Below, piece after piece: positions 36,040 to 45,976 of a stretch of 55,322 nt of DNA. A model generated the notes under the pieces. It searched no databases. It had not been told where the DNA came from and saw only the letters and a list, made by a program, of their open reading frames with translations. Within the stretch, counting starts at the first letter, position 1; the number at the start of each line of letters is the position of its first letter. Location of the stretch: positions 1-55,322 of the forward strand of contig SVSZ01000003.1 in assembly GCA_015064025.1 (NCBI GenBank), in the 5' to 3' direction. This DNA comes from Oscillospiraceae bacterium (GTDB lineage Bacteria > Bacillota > Clostridia > Oscillospirales > CAG-272). The translations under genes and the position numbers were made by a program.

Positions 36040-37383
36040 TCAGCTATTTTTGAGTCTTTCCTCCAAAGAAGAACGAAGATCATCATACCCGGGCTTTCCG
36101 AGCAGAGCAAACATATTCTTCTTGTAGGACTCTACGCCGGGCTGATCAAAGGGGTTGACACCGAGCAAGTAACCGGAGATCGCGCAAGCAAGCTCAAAGA
36201 AGTAAATCAGCTCACCGAGGGCAAACGCGCTTCTTTCACTAACCTCAAGCACAATATTGGGAACACCACCGTCAACGTGTGCAAGAATCGTTCCCTCCAT
36301 CGCGCGCTTTTTCACCATATTCAGATCCATTCCCGAAAGGAAGTTAAGACTGTCGATATTTGCGGGATCGTTCGGGATCTCAAAGGAGGCACCCGTATCT
36401 GCGAGGTCAATTACAGTTTCAAAGAGCATTCTGCTTCCATCCTGAATATACTGACCGAGTGAATGAAGATCGGTAGAAAACACAACGGAAGCCGGGAAAA
36501 TACCTCTTTGATCCTTACCCTCGCTCTCGCCGTAAAGCTGCTTCCACCACTCGCTGAAAAGTGCCATAAAGGGCTCGTAGGATGCAAGCACCTCAACACT
36601 CTTGCCCTTTCTGTATAGGATGTTGCGGATTGCCGCATAGCGATAGCAAGGATTTTTCTCAACATCGGCCGTCTGATAAGCCTTGTATGCGGCTCTCGCA
36701 CCATCCATCATTTGATCGATATCAATTCCCGCGACCGCGATCGGGAGCAGACCGCAAGACGTCAGCACAGAGAAACGTCCGCCAACATCATCCGGAATCA
36801 CAAAGGTCTGGTAACCCTCGTCGGTGGAAAATTGCTTCAGCGTACCACGCGCCTTGTCGGTGGTGACGAAAATGCGCTCTCTCGCGCCATCCTTGCCATA
36901 CTTATTCTCAAGCAGCTTGCGGAACACTCTGAATGCGATTGCAGGCTCGGTTGTGGTTCCGGACTTGGAAATCACGTTGACACAGACATCACGCCCCTCG
37001 CAAAGAGCAAGAACCTCGTTCAAAGCATCTGCACTGATGACGTTACCGGCAAAATAAATATCGGGCGTGTTTTTGGGAAGTTGGTTATAGTAAGGAGACT
37101 TCAAAAACTCAATGACCGCACGCGCGCCGAGATAAGAGCCGCCAATACCGATAACGATCAAAACATCACAGGTATTCTTGATTTTCTCTGCAGCCACCTT
37201 AACTCTCTCGAATTCTGCCTTATCATAGTTCTCAGGAAGATCTAACCACCCCAAAAATGCATTACCCGGGCCACTTTTCTCGCGTAACATTTTATCTGCC
37301 GCAGTAACCTGAGATTGCATTTGGGAGATTTCGTGAGAAGCGATGAATGAAGATACGTACTTGTCATTGAGTTTGAGAGACAT
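36040..37383 (-). CDS. pgi: Glucose-6-phosphate isomerase
   Basis: 447 aa Firmicute-type PGI with [19 protein letters not shown] and ESEGK motifs. Confidence 0.95.
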   Translation of the reverse strand: MSLKLNDKYVSSFIASHEISQMQSQVTAADKMLREKSGPGNAFLGWLDLPENYDKAEFERVKVAAEKIKNTCDVLIVIGIGGSYLGARAVIEFLKSPYYNQLPKNTPDIYFAGNVISADALNEVLALCEGRDVCVNVISKSGTTTEPAIAFRVFRKLLENKYGKDGARERIFVTTDKARGTLKQFSTDEGYQTFVIPDDVGGRFSVLTSCGLLPIAVAGIDIDQMMDGARAAYKAYQTADVEKNPCYRYAAIRNILYRKGKSVEVLASYEPFMALFSEWWKQLYGESEGKDQRGIFPASVVFSTDLHSLGQYIQDGSRMLFETVIDLADTGASFEIPNDPANIDSLNFLSGMDLNMVKKRAMEGTILAHVDGGVPNIVLEVSERSAFALGELIYFFELACAISGYLLGVNPFDQPGVESYKKNMFALLGKPGYDDLRSSLEERLKNS

Positions 37384-37511
37384 AGGTGTTTAACCATCCT
37401 TTTTTATAGAATTAACCTTACCTATTATACATTATTTATTTACAAAAAACAAGCCTTTTTTACAAAAAAGCAAAAGAAAAAATCAATACTTTTTTCAAGT
37501 GCTGAAGAACA

Positions 37512-38711
37512 TCAGATCAATAGAAATTTTGCCGCGATCCGATACAAGATCTGAAAAAAATTGATTTTCAATACATCTTCCGAGGCAATGATCGGAGCTG
37601 TTCCCACGATTCCCTTTTCTGTCTTGAACTCGATCGTTCCGACTGTATCTCCGCATTTTACAGGGGCATTGATCGATTCGGGGAGATTGATTTTCGTCAC
37701 GATCGAGGAAATCGAAGCTTTTTCCACGACAGCGGAAAAGGACGGGTAATTGAGTGCGCAATCCGTTTTCTCGCCGCCAACCACCTTGATGGGGGGCACA
37801 CTTGCTCCCTCTGAGGTATAAAGAGCGTATTCTGAAAATCCCCAATCCAAGAGCTGGCATGCGCTTGCATTGCGAATATCTCTGGATTCTGCTCCCATAA
37901 TCACACAAATGAGAGAGAGTCCGTCCCGTTCCGCCGTTGCACTGACACAAAAGCCCGCTTTTTCGGTTGAGCCGGTTTTCAAGCCTGTGCATCCTTGATA
38001 ATATCGAACGAGGCGATTGGTATTTGTCAACCCAAAAGTGCCGTCGCGAATACTGTCCATCCAAATAGAGCTGTATTTCAGAATATCCTTATGGGCGATC
38101 AATTCGCGTGACATCAGCGCGATATCCTTGGCGCTTGTCAGATGATTTTGAGCGGTATCGTCAAGCCCTGTAACGTTTTCAAAGGTCGTGGAGTTCATCC
38201 CGAGCTTTTTCGCCTTGGCATTCATTTTCTCCACGAACACGGAAACACTACCGCACAGATGCTCCGCAAGCGCCACGGCGGCATCGTTTGCAGAAGAAAT
38301 CACAACGCTTTTCAAAAGATCCTCCAGGGACATCTGTTCGCCTTCCTTCAGATAGACCTGGGAGCCGCCCATCGACGCGGCATTCGCCGAAACCGTAACA
38401 CGTGAATCCATTCGAACGGTGCCTGCATCAACCGCTTCCATAATCAGTAGCAGCGTCATAATCTTGGTTACGGATGCAGGCGGTAAGGCTTCCTCTGCAT
38501 TCTGTGAATAAAGGATGACTCCTGTTGTCGCTTCCATCAGAATGGCGCTCTTGCAAGGAAGCTTTAACGTGCCATCCTCAATTCCAAAGACTGTAACCGC
38601 TCGTTCCGTATCACTCGCAATCGTAGTTTGCGCCGCAAGCGGAAGGCTTGTGCACACCAAAACAACAACGACCAGAAATAGTGCCGTTATTCGTATCATT
38701 CTTTGCTTCAT
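37512..38711 (-). CDS. Serine-type D-Ala-D-Ala carboxypeptidase (PBP5 family, DacB/DacF-like)
   Basis: Signal peptide, then SVTK (SxxK), SANDAA (SxN) and KTGST (KTG). I chose the second ATG (38711) for its 6-nt spacing from GAGGTG. Confidence 0.85.
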   Translation of the reverse strand: MKQRMIRITALFLVVVVLVCTSLPLAAQTTIASDTERAVTVFGIEDGTLKLPCKSAILMEATTGVILYSQNAEEALPPASVTKIMTLLLIMEAVDAGTVRMDSRVTVSANAASMGGSQVYLKEGEQMSLEDLLKSVVISSANDAAVALAEHLCGSVSVFVEKMNAKAKKLGMNSTTFENVTGLDDTAQNHLTSAKDIALMSRELIAHKDILKYSSIWMDSIRDGTFGLTNTNRLVRYYQGCTGLKTGSTEKAGFCVSATAERDGLSLICVIMGAESRDIRNASACQLLDWGFSEYALYTSEGASVPPIKVVGGEKTDCALNYPSFSAVVEKASISSIVTKINLPESINAPVKCGDTVGTIEFKTEKGIVGTAPIIASEDVLKINFFQILYRIAAKFLLI

Positions 38712-38810
38712 TTTCATCACCTCATTGATATTTATGAACGGTGAATATAAAATATGAATACACAAAGAGCGGAGACTCCGCAAAGCGAAGTCCCCGCATT
38801 TTTTAACATT

Positions 38811-40739
38811 TTATCTTCTCTTCTCCGCGACCTCAAGCAGAGAATCTGCGAGGAACGCATCCAAAGACTTAGACACCGTCTCCCCTGCACGATTACGCAC
38901 GGCAACGGTTCCCTCCTCGACCTCCTTGCCGCCAATGACAAGCATATACGGCACCTTCTGGAGCTGTGTGTTGCGGATCTTATAGCCGATGGTATTCGAG
39001 GAATCATCCAATACCACGCGCAATCCCGCAGCACTGAGCTTGCTCTCTACCTGCTTTGCATAGTCCACGTGCTCGTCTCCGATCGGCAGAATACGCACCT
39101 GCTCCGGTGCCAGCCACATCGGGAACGCCCCCGCATATTTTTCGATCAGCAGCGCCAGGGTTCTCTCGTAGCAACCCATGCTCGTGCGGTGAATGATATA
39201 AGGCGTTACCATCTGGTTGTTGGAATCCACGTATTCCATACCGAACTTCTTTGCAAGCAGCATATCGATCTGGATCGTAACCAGCGTATCCTCCTTACCA
39301 AAGACGTTTTTGATCTGAATATCAAGCTTCGGACCGTAGAACGCCGCCTCGTCGATACCGACCGCATAATTGATTCCGTTTTCATCAAGAAGCTTTTTCA
39401 TAACCCCTTGCGCCTCTTCCCATTGCTCGGGAGTACCCTCGTACTTATCCGTGCGTGCGGGATCCCATTGAGAGAAGCGGAAGGAGCAATCCTCCTTAAG
39501 GCCAAGCACATCGAGCGTATACATCGCAAGATCAAGGCAGCCCTTGAACTCCTCAGCAAGCTGATCGGGGCGAAGAATGAGATGTCCCTCGGAAATGGTA
39601 AACTGACGCACGCGGATCAAGCCGTGCATCTCACCGGAATCCTCATTACGGAAAAGCGTAGAGGTCTCTCCAAGACGCATCGGAAGATCTCTGTAGGATC
39701 GTTTTTTGTTCAAAAAGACCTGATATTGGAAGGGACAGGTCATCGGACGAAGCGCGAAGCATTCCTTTGTTTCGTCGTGAGGATCTCCCATAACGAACAT
39801 TCCGTCAAGATAATGATCCCAGTGTCCCGAAATCTTATAAAGCTCACGCTTTGCCATTAAGGGTGTTTTGGTCAACAGATAGCCGCGCTTTTGCTCTTCA
39901 TCCTCGATCCATCTCTGGAGCAGTTGAATAATACGCGCTCCCTTGGGAAGCATTACAGGCAATCCTTGACCGATGGAATCGACGGTAGTAAAGAGCTCGA
40001 GTTCTCTTCCCAGCTTGTTGTGATCACGCTTGAGAGCCTCCTCCTGGCGGGCAACGTATTCGTTCAGCTCATCCTTTGACGGGAAAGCGAGTCCGTAAAT
40101 ACGCTGGAGCATCTTATTATTCTGGTCGCCCTTCCAGTAAGCGCCCGTGCATTGCGTCAGCTTGAATGCCTTTACCGCGCCTGTGCTGAAAAGATGAGGA
40201 CCCGCGCAAAGATCGGTGAACTCTCCCTGACGGTAGAAGCTGATCACGGCATCCTCGGGAAGCTCCTCGATCAGCTGCACCTTATAAGGCTCTTCTTTTT
40301 CCGTCATCAAAGCGATCGCCTCAGCTCTGGGAAGCTCAAAGCGTTCAATTTTAAGATTTTCTTTAACGATCTTTTTCATTTCCGTCTCAAGAGCCTTAAG
40401 GGCTTCGGGCGTAAAGGAAACGTCGGAATCAATATCGTAATAAAACCCGATCTCTATCGCGGGACCTATAGTCAGCTTAGCTGCAGGATAAAGACGCTTT
40501 ACCGCTTGGGCAAGGATATGAGATGCCGTATGACGGAAAACGTGCTTTCCGTCCGCATCGTCAAACGTGAGAAGCGCAACCTCGGCATCTGCGGTAATTT
40601 CCTTCGTAAGTGCCACGATCTCACCGTTCATCTTTGCCGCAATAACGGCGCGGGAAACAAGCTCCATCTCCTTCGCGGCGTCGTATACCGTGATAGGAGC
40701 GGAAAATTCTTTTTCCAGATCATTGATTTTGATTTTCAT
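38811..40739 (-). CDS. thrS: Threonine--tRNA ligase
   Basis: TGS domain N-terminus, the editing-domain HILA motif, class II core (FRNE.SG...GL.RVRQFT) and a C-terminal anticodon-binding domain. A T-box leader lies upstream. Confidence 0.95.
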   Translation of the reverse strand: MKIKINDLEKEFSAPITVYDAAKEMELVSRAVIAAKMNGEIVALTKEITADAEVALLTFDDADGKHVFRHTASHILAQAVKRLYPAAKLTIGPAIEIGFYYDIDSDVSFTPEALKALETEMKKIVKENLKIERFELPRAEAIALMTEKEEPYKVQLIEELPEDAVISFYRQGEFTDLCAGPHLFSTGAVKAFKLTQCTGAYWKGDQNNKMLQRIYGLAFPSKDELNEYVARQEEALKRDHNKLGRELELFTTVDSIGQGLPVMLPKGARIIQLLQRWIEDEEQKRGYLLTKTPLMAKRELYKISGHWDHYLDGMFVMGDPHDETKECFALRPMTCPFQYQVFLNKKRSYRDLPMRLGETSTLFRNEDSGEMHGLIRVRQFTISEGHLILRPDQLAEEFKGCLDLAMYTLDVLGLKEDCSFRFSQWDPARTDKYEGTPEQWEEAQGVMKKLLDENGINYAVGIDEAAFYGPKLDIQIKNVFGKEDTLVTIQIDMLLAKKFGMEYVDSNNQMVTPYIIHRTSMGCYERTLALLIEKYAGAFPMWLAPEQVRILPIGDEHVDYAKQVESKLSAAGLRVVLDDSSNTIGYKIRNTQLQKVPYMLVIGGKEVEEGTVAVRNRAGETVSKSLDAFLADSLLEVAEKRR

Positions 40740-40774
40740 AATAAAACCCTTTCTATCTAAAAAATATCGACAAA

Positions 40775-40990
40775 AATAAATCCACACCCCTCAGAAAAAA
40801 GCAACCTACAATCATTGCATTTTCTGTTCGGGGTGTGGATATTCTTCCGCACGGTTCCACCCGGACGTTTCACTTCATTGATATGGAATTGTTACGAGAA
40901 AGTGGTATTCTACGCAATTTCGTTGGGACCTCACAGCAAATCCGTTCGGATTGATCCCTTCTCTGAAACGACATTTACGTAAAACGTGTC
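40775..40990 (-). promoter_or_regulatory. T-box riboswitch leader of thrS with a threonine ACC specifier
   Basis: On the minus strand: AGAGA box (plus 40960-40964), specifier loop GAATACCACT with ACC (plus 40904-40906), and T-box sequence GGGTGGAACCGTGCGG (plus 40847-40862). A long terminator helix ATCCACACCCC...GGGGTGTGGAT is followed by TTATTTTT. Confidence 0.85.
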
Positions 40991-41004
40991 TGTTCCCATT
41001 AGGC

Positions 41005-41448
41005 TCAGTTCGCGTTGTTCTGCGCTTTCAGTTTCAAATTATAAGCGGAACGAGGGTTGATGATCTCTCTCCAATCCAGATCTCCACGATCCAGCGCGGT
41101 AACCACAACCTCCGCGGTTGCAATATTCGTGGCAACGGGAATGCTGTAAAGATCACACAAACGAAGGAGCTCCACTTCTATATCTTCAACCTCGGCATCG
41201 GGTCTTGTATCCTTGAAATAAAGAAGTACATCGATCTCATTGCAGGAAATTCTGGACGCAATCTGTTGTTTTCCACCCTGCATGCCCGCCATAAGGCGCT
41301 CAATTTCCAAGCCGGTCGCTTCCGAAATATATTTCGCGGTAATATTGGTTGCACAAAGATTGTGCTTGCTGAGAATTCCGCAATAAGCAATACAGAACTG
41401 CGTCATCAGTTCTTTCTTCAGGTCATGTGCGATAATAGCAATCTCCAA
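41005..41448 (-). CDS. Methylglyoxal synthase-like (MGS fold) protein. The catalytic Asp and His positions appear substituted
   Basis: (M)EIAIIAHDLKK..., LCAT..T and GLEIERL..G.QGGKQQI align to MgsA. However, GGDQQ reads GGKQQ and PHDPDV reads EVEDIE. TTG start at 41448 with an AAGGGGG RBS. Confidence 0.7.
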   Translation of the reverse strand: MEIAIIAHDLKKELMTQFCIAYCGILSKHNLCATNITAKYISEATGLEIERLMAGMQGGKQQIASRISCNEIDVLLYFKDTRPDAEVEDIEVELLRLCDLYSIPVATNIATAEVVVTALDRGDLDWREIINPRSAYNLKLKAQNNAN

Positions 41449-41634
41449 CGTTCGTTGCCCCCTTCTGCATTTTTGTTATGTATACCACCATTGGACGGTA
41501 GGATAGAACTCTGACGACTAATTATAACACAAAAAGGTATGAATTGTCAATAGAATTACACACATTTTTTTAAAGCAATGTGTAAAAAAAGAACAAAACA
41601 GGAAAAAGAAGAAGCAAACATCGCGCAAATCGCA

Positions 41635-42171
41635 TCATTCGTATCTGGCGCGAATACCTCCGATATATTTCGGTCTTGTACGAGCAGCAAGAAGCGAGGC
41701 ATCACCGATTTTCGAAACCGAAAGCCTTACGGGAACGGCAACGTCTTTCAGATGCATTCCAATCAGCGTTCCCCCGATGTCAAGTCCTGCGTGTGCACGG
41801 ATATGTTCAACAGCCATCGGCGAGGAAAAGCCGTTCCAGGCACAGGTTGCAAAGGATCCACCGGCTTTGGGTTGAGGAACAACGGCAACCTCCTCCAATC
41901 CGTATTTTTCACCGCAATCACGCTCGATAATCAACGCGCGATTCAAATGCTCGCAGCATTGTGCCGCAAGATAGATACCGCGATCCTTGAGAATAGGATA
42001 GATCGCGTCAAAAACAAGCTTCGCAGTCTCGAAGCTCGAACCGTGCCCGATCGTTTCACCAACGATCTCGGAGGAGGAGCACCCGATAACAAGAATTTGC
42101 CCCTTTTTTATTTCGGATACGCGAAGCAGCTCCTCAATCGCCGCAATCGCCTGCACTTGCACAGATTTCAT
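41635..42171 (-). CDS. TIGR01440 / DUF436 family protein (YwlG-like)
   Basis: GQILVIGCSSSEI.G..IG..SS and AAQCCEHLNRAL motifs. The ATG at 42171 lies 6 nt after GAGG. Confidence 0.75.
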   Translation of the reverse strand: MKSVQVQAIAAIEELLRVSEIKKGQILVIGCSSSEIVGETIGHGSSFETAKLVFDAIYPILKDRGIYLAAQCCEHLNRALIIERDCGEKYGLEEVAVVPQPKAGGSFATCAWNGFSSPMAVEHIRAHAGLDIGGTLIGMHLKDVAVPVRLSVSKIGDASLLAARTRPKYIGGIRARYE

Positions 42172-42206
42172 GATAGGCCTCACAAATTACATTTGCTTAA
42201 TTATAA

Positions 42207-43298
42207 TTACCAATTGTCGCTTCCATCGTCAGGAATCACACGCTTGACTGCGGTAATCGCACATTCAATCATATCATCCGTGGGCTCAAACACGGTAATA
42301 TGCTGGAGCCACACACCGGGAAGCGATATAATGCGCGTAAGAAAATTATCGTGGCGCCCCGCAAACTTGATCAGCTCGTACCCAAGCCCGACAATGAAAG
42401 GTATCAGGAGAAGCTTTACAAATACGCGAAGAAGCATCGGCAACTCTTCGCCGCTGATTGCAATAGAGATGGGATCTATGAAAAATGAAACGAAGATACT
42501 GACAAGCACCATCAGAATCAAGAACGAGGTCCCGCAACGAGGATGAAAGCGTCTTTGCGCGCGCACGTTCTCGACGGTCAGCTCCAGGCCTGCCTCGTAG
42601 CAAAAGATCGTTTTATGCTCGGCGCCGTGATACATAAAGGTGCGACGAATATCCTTCATTAAAGCGATCGCCGCCATATATCCAACCAAGAGAATCACAC
42701 GAAGGATACCTTCAAACGCCGATTTCACCAACGATTTCACCATCGGATTTTCACTTTGCAAAAACCCGAGATAGCGAGAAGCGATATCATAAAGAAACGT
42801 AGGCAGGAAAAGGAAAAGACCAACCGCCAAAAGAACGCCGAGAGCAACGCCGATCACCATTGTCAGAGTCATCACCCACGAGGGAAGCTTATCCTCCTGC
42901 GCAGAGATTTCTTTGGCAACCTCCGCGGCTTCGGGGACGGTGGCGGAGTTCTCTGTCTCCACAGCCTCGGCGCCTTCGTCTACCTGTTTTTTCTTCTTTT
43001 TCGGTTTTTCCTCAACAATATCCTCAAGCCCCGATAGTTCCGCAGAACGCATCAGGCATTTATACCCGAGCGCCATACTGTCAATATAGCCGAAAACCCC
43101 GCGGATGATCGGCCAACGACAGATGGCCGGGCGCTTCGTTCCGACTGTCGGAAACTCCTCGACAACGAGCTCACCTTTGGTGTTTCGTACTGCCATCGCG
43201 GTGTTCTTTGGACCGCGCATCATAATTCCTTCCATCAACGCTTGCCCGCCAATCGATGTTTTTCTGCGACAAGCGACAACATCTTTTTCCTTCTTCAA
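42207..43298 (-). CDS. DUF1385 domain membrane protein (YqhQ-like)
   Basis: IGGQALMEGIMMRG near the N-terminus, YHGAEHK and RCGTSF motifs. TTG start with an AAAGGAG RBS. It contains a Lys/Glu-rich insert of about 45 aa. Confidence 0.8.
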   Translation of the reverse strand: MKKEKDVVACRRKTSIGGQALMEGIMMRGPKNTAMAVRNTKGELVVEEFPTVGTKRPAICRWPIIRGVFGYIDSMALGYKCLMRSAELSGLEDIVEEKPKKKKKQVDEGAEAVETENSATVPEAAEVAKEISAQEDKLPSWVMTLTMVIGVALGVLLAVGLFLFLPTFLYDIASRYLGFLQSENPMVKSLVKSAFEGILRVILLVGYMAAIALMKDIRRTFMYHGAEHKTIFCYEAGLELTVENVRAQRRFHPRCGTSFLILMVLVSIFVSFFIDPISIAISGEELPMLLRVFVKLLLIPFIVGLGYELIKFAGRHDNFLTRIISLPGVWLQHITVFEPTDDMIECAITAVKRVIPDDGSDNW

Positions 43299-43419
43299 AG
43301 CCGACTCCTTTCGGGATTCCTACCCAATGTAAATTTAGAGAAAATGGAAGTCATTGCAGAATATTATACAATCACGGTATGAACTGCATATGAACATAGC
43401 AAAAAAGCAACGAGGGAAA

Positions 43420-44310
43420 TTATGATAAAGCATACCTTCCGCAAGGAGAACAAACGAATGCCGTAACGCCCATATCACGAAGCGCCGCACAAGCGTTTTC
43501 TGCTGCCGACTCGGAAGCAAAAACGCCGAAAACGGAAGGTCCGCTTCCGCTCATCATCGCACGCTTTGCACCGGCAACCGTCATTTCCGATTTGATTTTC
43601 CCTACCCAAGGTCGCATTGCCGAAACCACCGCCTCAAATAGATTAAAGAAATCATCGCAGGAGCCGAAAAGATCCTTTTGCTCCCACGCGCAAAGCACCC
43701 TACGGTAGCGTTCATCACGAGCCGTCGAAGAAAAGTCTCCGTAGATCTCGTCCAACGCCCGATACGCTTGCGGAGTGGAAACTCCATCTCCCATGCGCGC
43801 GATGACAAGATACCCCATCGGCATTGTCGGAGCATCCTTCAGCTTCTCTCCGATCCCCTCTACGAGACAGCATCCTCCTCGGATGCAAAACGGAACATCC
43901 GCCCCAAGCGTCGCGCCGAGCGAATAAAGCTCCTCCAAGGGAAAAGGTGACCCGAACACCTTGTAAAGCGCTCGCAAAACAGCCGCGGCATCAGCGCTTC
44001 CACCGGCAAGTCCCGCTGCCATCGGTATCCTTTTTTCGATTGCAATCTGCACCAAGCCCGTAGCGTTCATCTTTTTCAAAAACACTTCCGCCGCTCGCCA
44101 TGCAAGATTACTTCGATCGACGGGCAACCCGTCATTGCCTGCAACCGAGAGGACGATACTCGTCTCACTCGCCTCGGAAAAGTCGACGGTAACAAGATCG
44201 TGCAAGGAAACCGTTTGCATAATACTTACAATGTTGTGATACCCATCCTCTCGTTTTGAGATCACATTCAGATACGTATTGATTTTCGCGTATGCTTTTT
44301 CAACTATCAT
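43420..44310 (-). CDS. ispE: 4-(cytidine 5'-diphospho)-2-C-methyl-D-erythritol kinase
   Basis: AKIN..L.V...R.DGYH and the GHMP kinase motif PMAAGLAGGSADAAA. Confidence 0.9.
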   Translation of the reverse strand: MIVEKAYAKINTYLNVISKREDGYHNIVSIMQTVSLHDLVTVDFSEASETSIVLSVAGNDGLPVDRSNLAWRAAEVFLKKMNATGLVQIAIEKRIPMAAGLAGGSADAAAVLRALYKVFGSPFPLEELYSLGATLGADVPFCIRGGCCLVEGIGEKLKDAPTMPMGYLVIARMGDGVSTPQAYRALDEIYGDFSSTARDERYRRVLCAWEQKDLFGSCDDFFNLFEAVVSAMRPWVGKIKSEMTVAGAKRAMMSGSGPSVFGVFASESAAENACAALRDMGVTAFVCSPCGRYALS

Positions 44311-44473
44311 TTCCTACCTCGTAAATCTTACTCTTATCATTGTACCATAATTTTTGTGATTTTGCAAGATTTCGCCGAAATTAATTTAAAAATCCGCGAA
44401 AAGCCTTGACTTATAATAGGATTTAGTATAAAATAATATTATATATGCCTTTATTTTCAAAGGAGTGAGAGAA

Positions 44474-45976
44474 ATGCCCTCTTCAAAGAAAAAGAACTCT
44501 TCGCAGAAAGCAATGAACTATGCCGCTTGGTATGCAATTACCTTTATTGCTTTGATCCTCATTGCTTTTCACCGGGAATTGAATATTTGGTGTGCATCTG
44601 TTTTGAGCCTGTTCAGCCCTGTTCTTTTGGGGCTTGCCTTTGCATACATTCTCAATCCTGTATTCCGTTTTTTTGAACGGTTTATATTTTCTCGGATGTA
44701 TCCGCACTCCCTGCGTCGAACGGTTTCACTTCTGTGTACGTACTGCTCTTTTCTTCTTGCCGCAGCGGTGCTTGTTTTGTTGATCGTTCCCCAGCTTTTT
44801 TTCGCACTCACCTCCTTTTTGACGAATTACCAAGAGCACGTTGATATAGCCCTCCAAAGCATCAACGGATTTTTGTCCGCATTAAACGGATTCTTTGAAA
44901 AAACGATCGGGAGAGGCGATTTTTTCACTCCCGTACAGGAATACCAGTTTTTTGATAAAATCTATGCCCTGCTTGAAGGGCTTTTGGAAACGATCGATCT
45001 TGCCTTTATCACCGCAACGGCAGGCGCATTCTTTTCCGGCGTTGCCGACGTGATCTTTGCACTCTTTATCTCCCTGTATTTCCTTATCTCGAAGGAAAAG
45101 CGATATGCACAGGTAATGAAATTCAGAAATGCGGTTTTCAGTGATGAAACAAATAAAATGATTACCCGCCTCTGCTCCACCATCGATCGACTTTTCGGTA
45201 AGTTTTTTGAGGGACGCGTCATCGACTCCTTGATTGTTGGAATTCTGCTGTATATTTTTTTCACAATTTTCGGAATCCCCTATGCGATCATCCTCGCCGC
45301 CTTCATTGCCTTTACCAACATCATCCCCTATGTCGGATTTTTTATCGGCGGCGTTCCCGCCACCCTGATCGTACTTTTCACAGATTACGAAAAGCTGTTG
45401 CCCTTCCTCATTATCTCGATCATTATTTTTCAATTCGATAACAACATCATCAGCCCCAAAATACTCGGAAACAACACAGGTATCAGTTCTCTTTGCGTGA
45501 TCATTGCCATCTGTGTGATGGGAGCGATGTTCGGAGTGATCGGTATGCTGATTGCCGTACCTCTTTTTGCGACGCTCTTGGATTTTGGAAACTCCTTTAT
45601 CCGCGGTCGTTTACAAAAGAAACAGCTTCCCGATGACATAGAAAACTACTATGCTCCCGATCCATTTATAGATCCGATGGAAATGAATCAAGGAAACACA
45701 AAAAATCTGCTTATGCGCATCGAAAGAAGGTCCCTTCGCGCGAAGAAGTTGACCGATGCCGGACTTGAATCGGAGTTGACTTGGGTCGACCGTTTTTCTT
45801 TGCGAACATATCAAGCCGCAAAGAAATTCCGTATTTTTACCGATCCGTCGCCGGAGACGCTTGCCCAATTTTCGGCAGAGGAATCGCGAAAAGGCATCAA
45901 AAAAGCCTTTGAAACCCGAATAACCGAATATCGCGCAACGCTCGAAGAAGAAAGCAGAGGGGAGGATGCCGTATGA
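44474..45976 (+). CDS. AI-2E family transporter (UPF0118/PerM), paralog 1
   Basis: Multi-pass membrane protein with ...FTNIIPYVGFFIGGVPA...NIISPKILGN..G.S.L and a hydrophilic C-terminal tail. Confidence 0.8.
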   Translation: MPSSKKKNSSQKAMNYAAWYAITFIALILIAFHRELNIWCASVLSLFSPVLLGLAFAYILNPVFRFFERFIFSRMYPHSLRRTVSLLCTYCSFLLAAAVLVLLIVPQLFFALTSFLTNYQEHVDIALQSINGFLSALNGFFEKTIGRGDFFTPVQEYQFFDKIYALLEGLLETIDLAFITATAGAFFSGVADVIFALFISLYFLISKEKRYAQVMKFRNAVFSDETNKMITRLCSTIDRLFGKFFEGRVIDSLIVGILLYIFFTIFGIPYAIILAAFIAFTNIIPYVGFFIGGVPATLIVLFTDYEKLLPFLIISIIIFQFDNNIISPKILGNNTGISSLCVIIAICVMGAMFGVIGMLIAVPLFATLLDFGNSFIRGRLQKKQLPDDIENYYAPDPFIDPMEMNQGNTKNLLMRIERRSLRAKKLTDAGLESELTWVDRFSLRTYQAAKKFRIFTDPSPETLAQFSAEESRKGIKKAFETRITEYRATLEEESRGEDAV

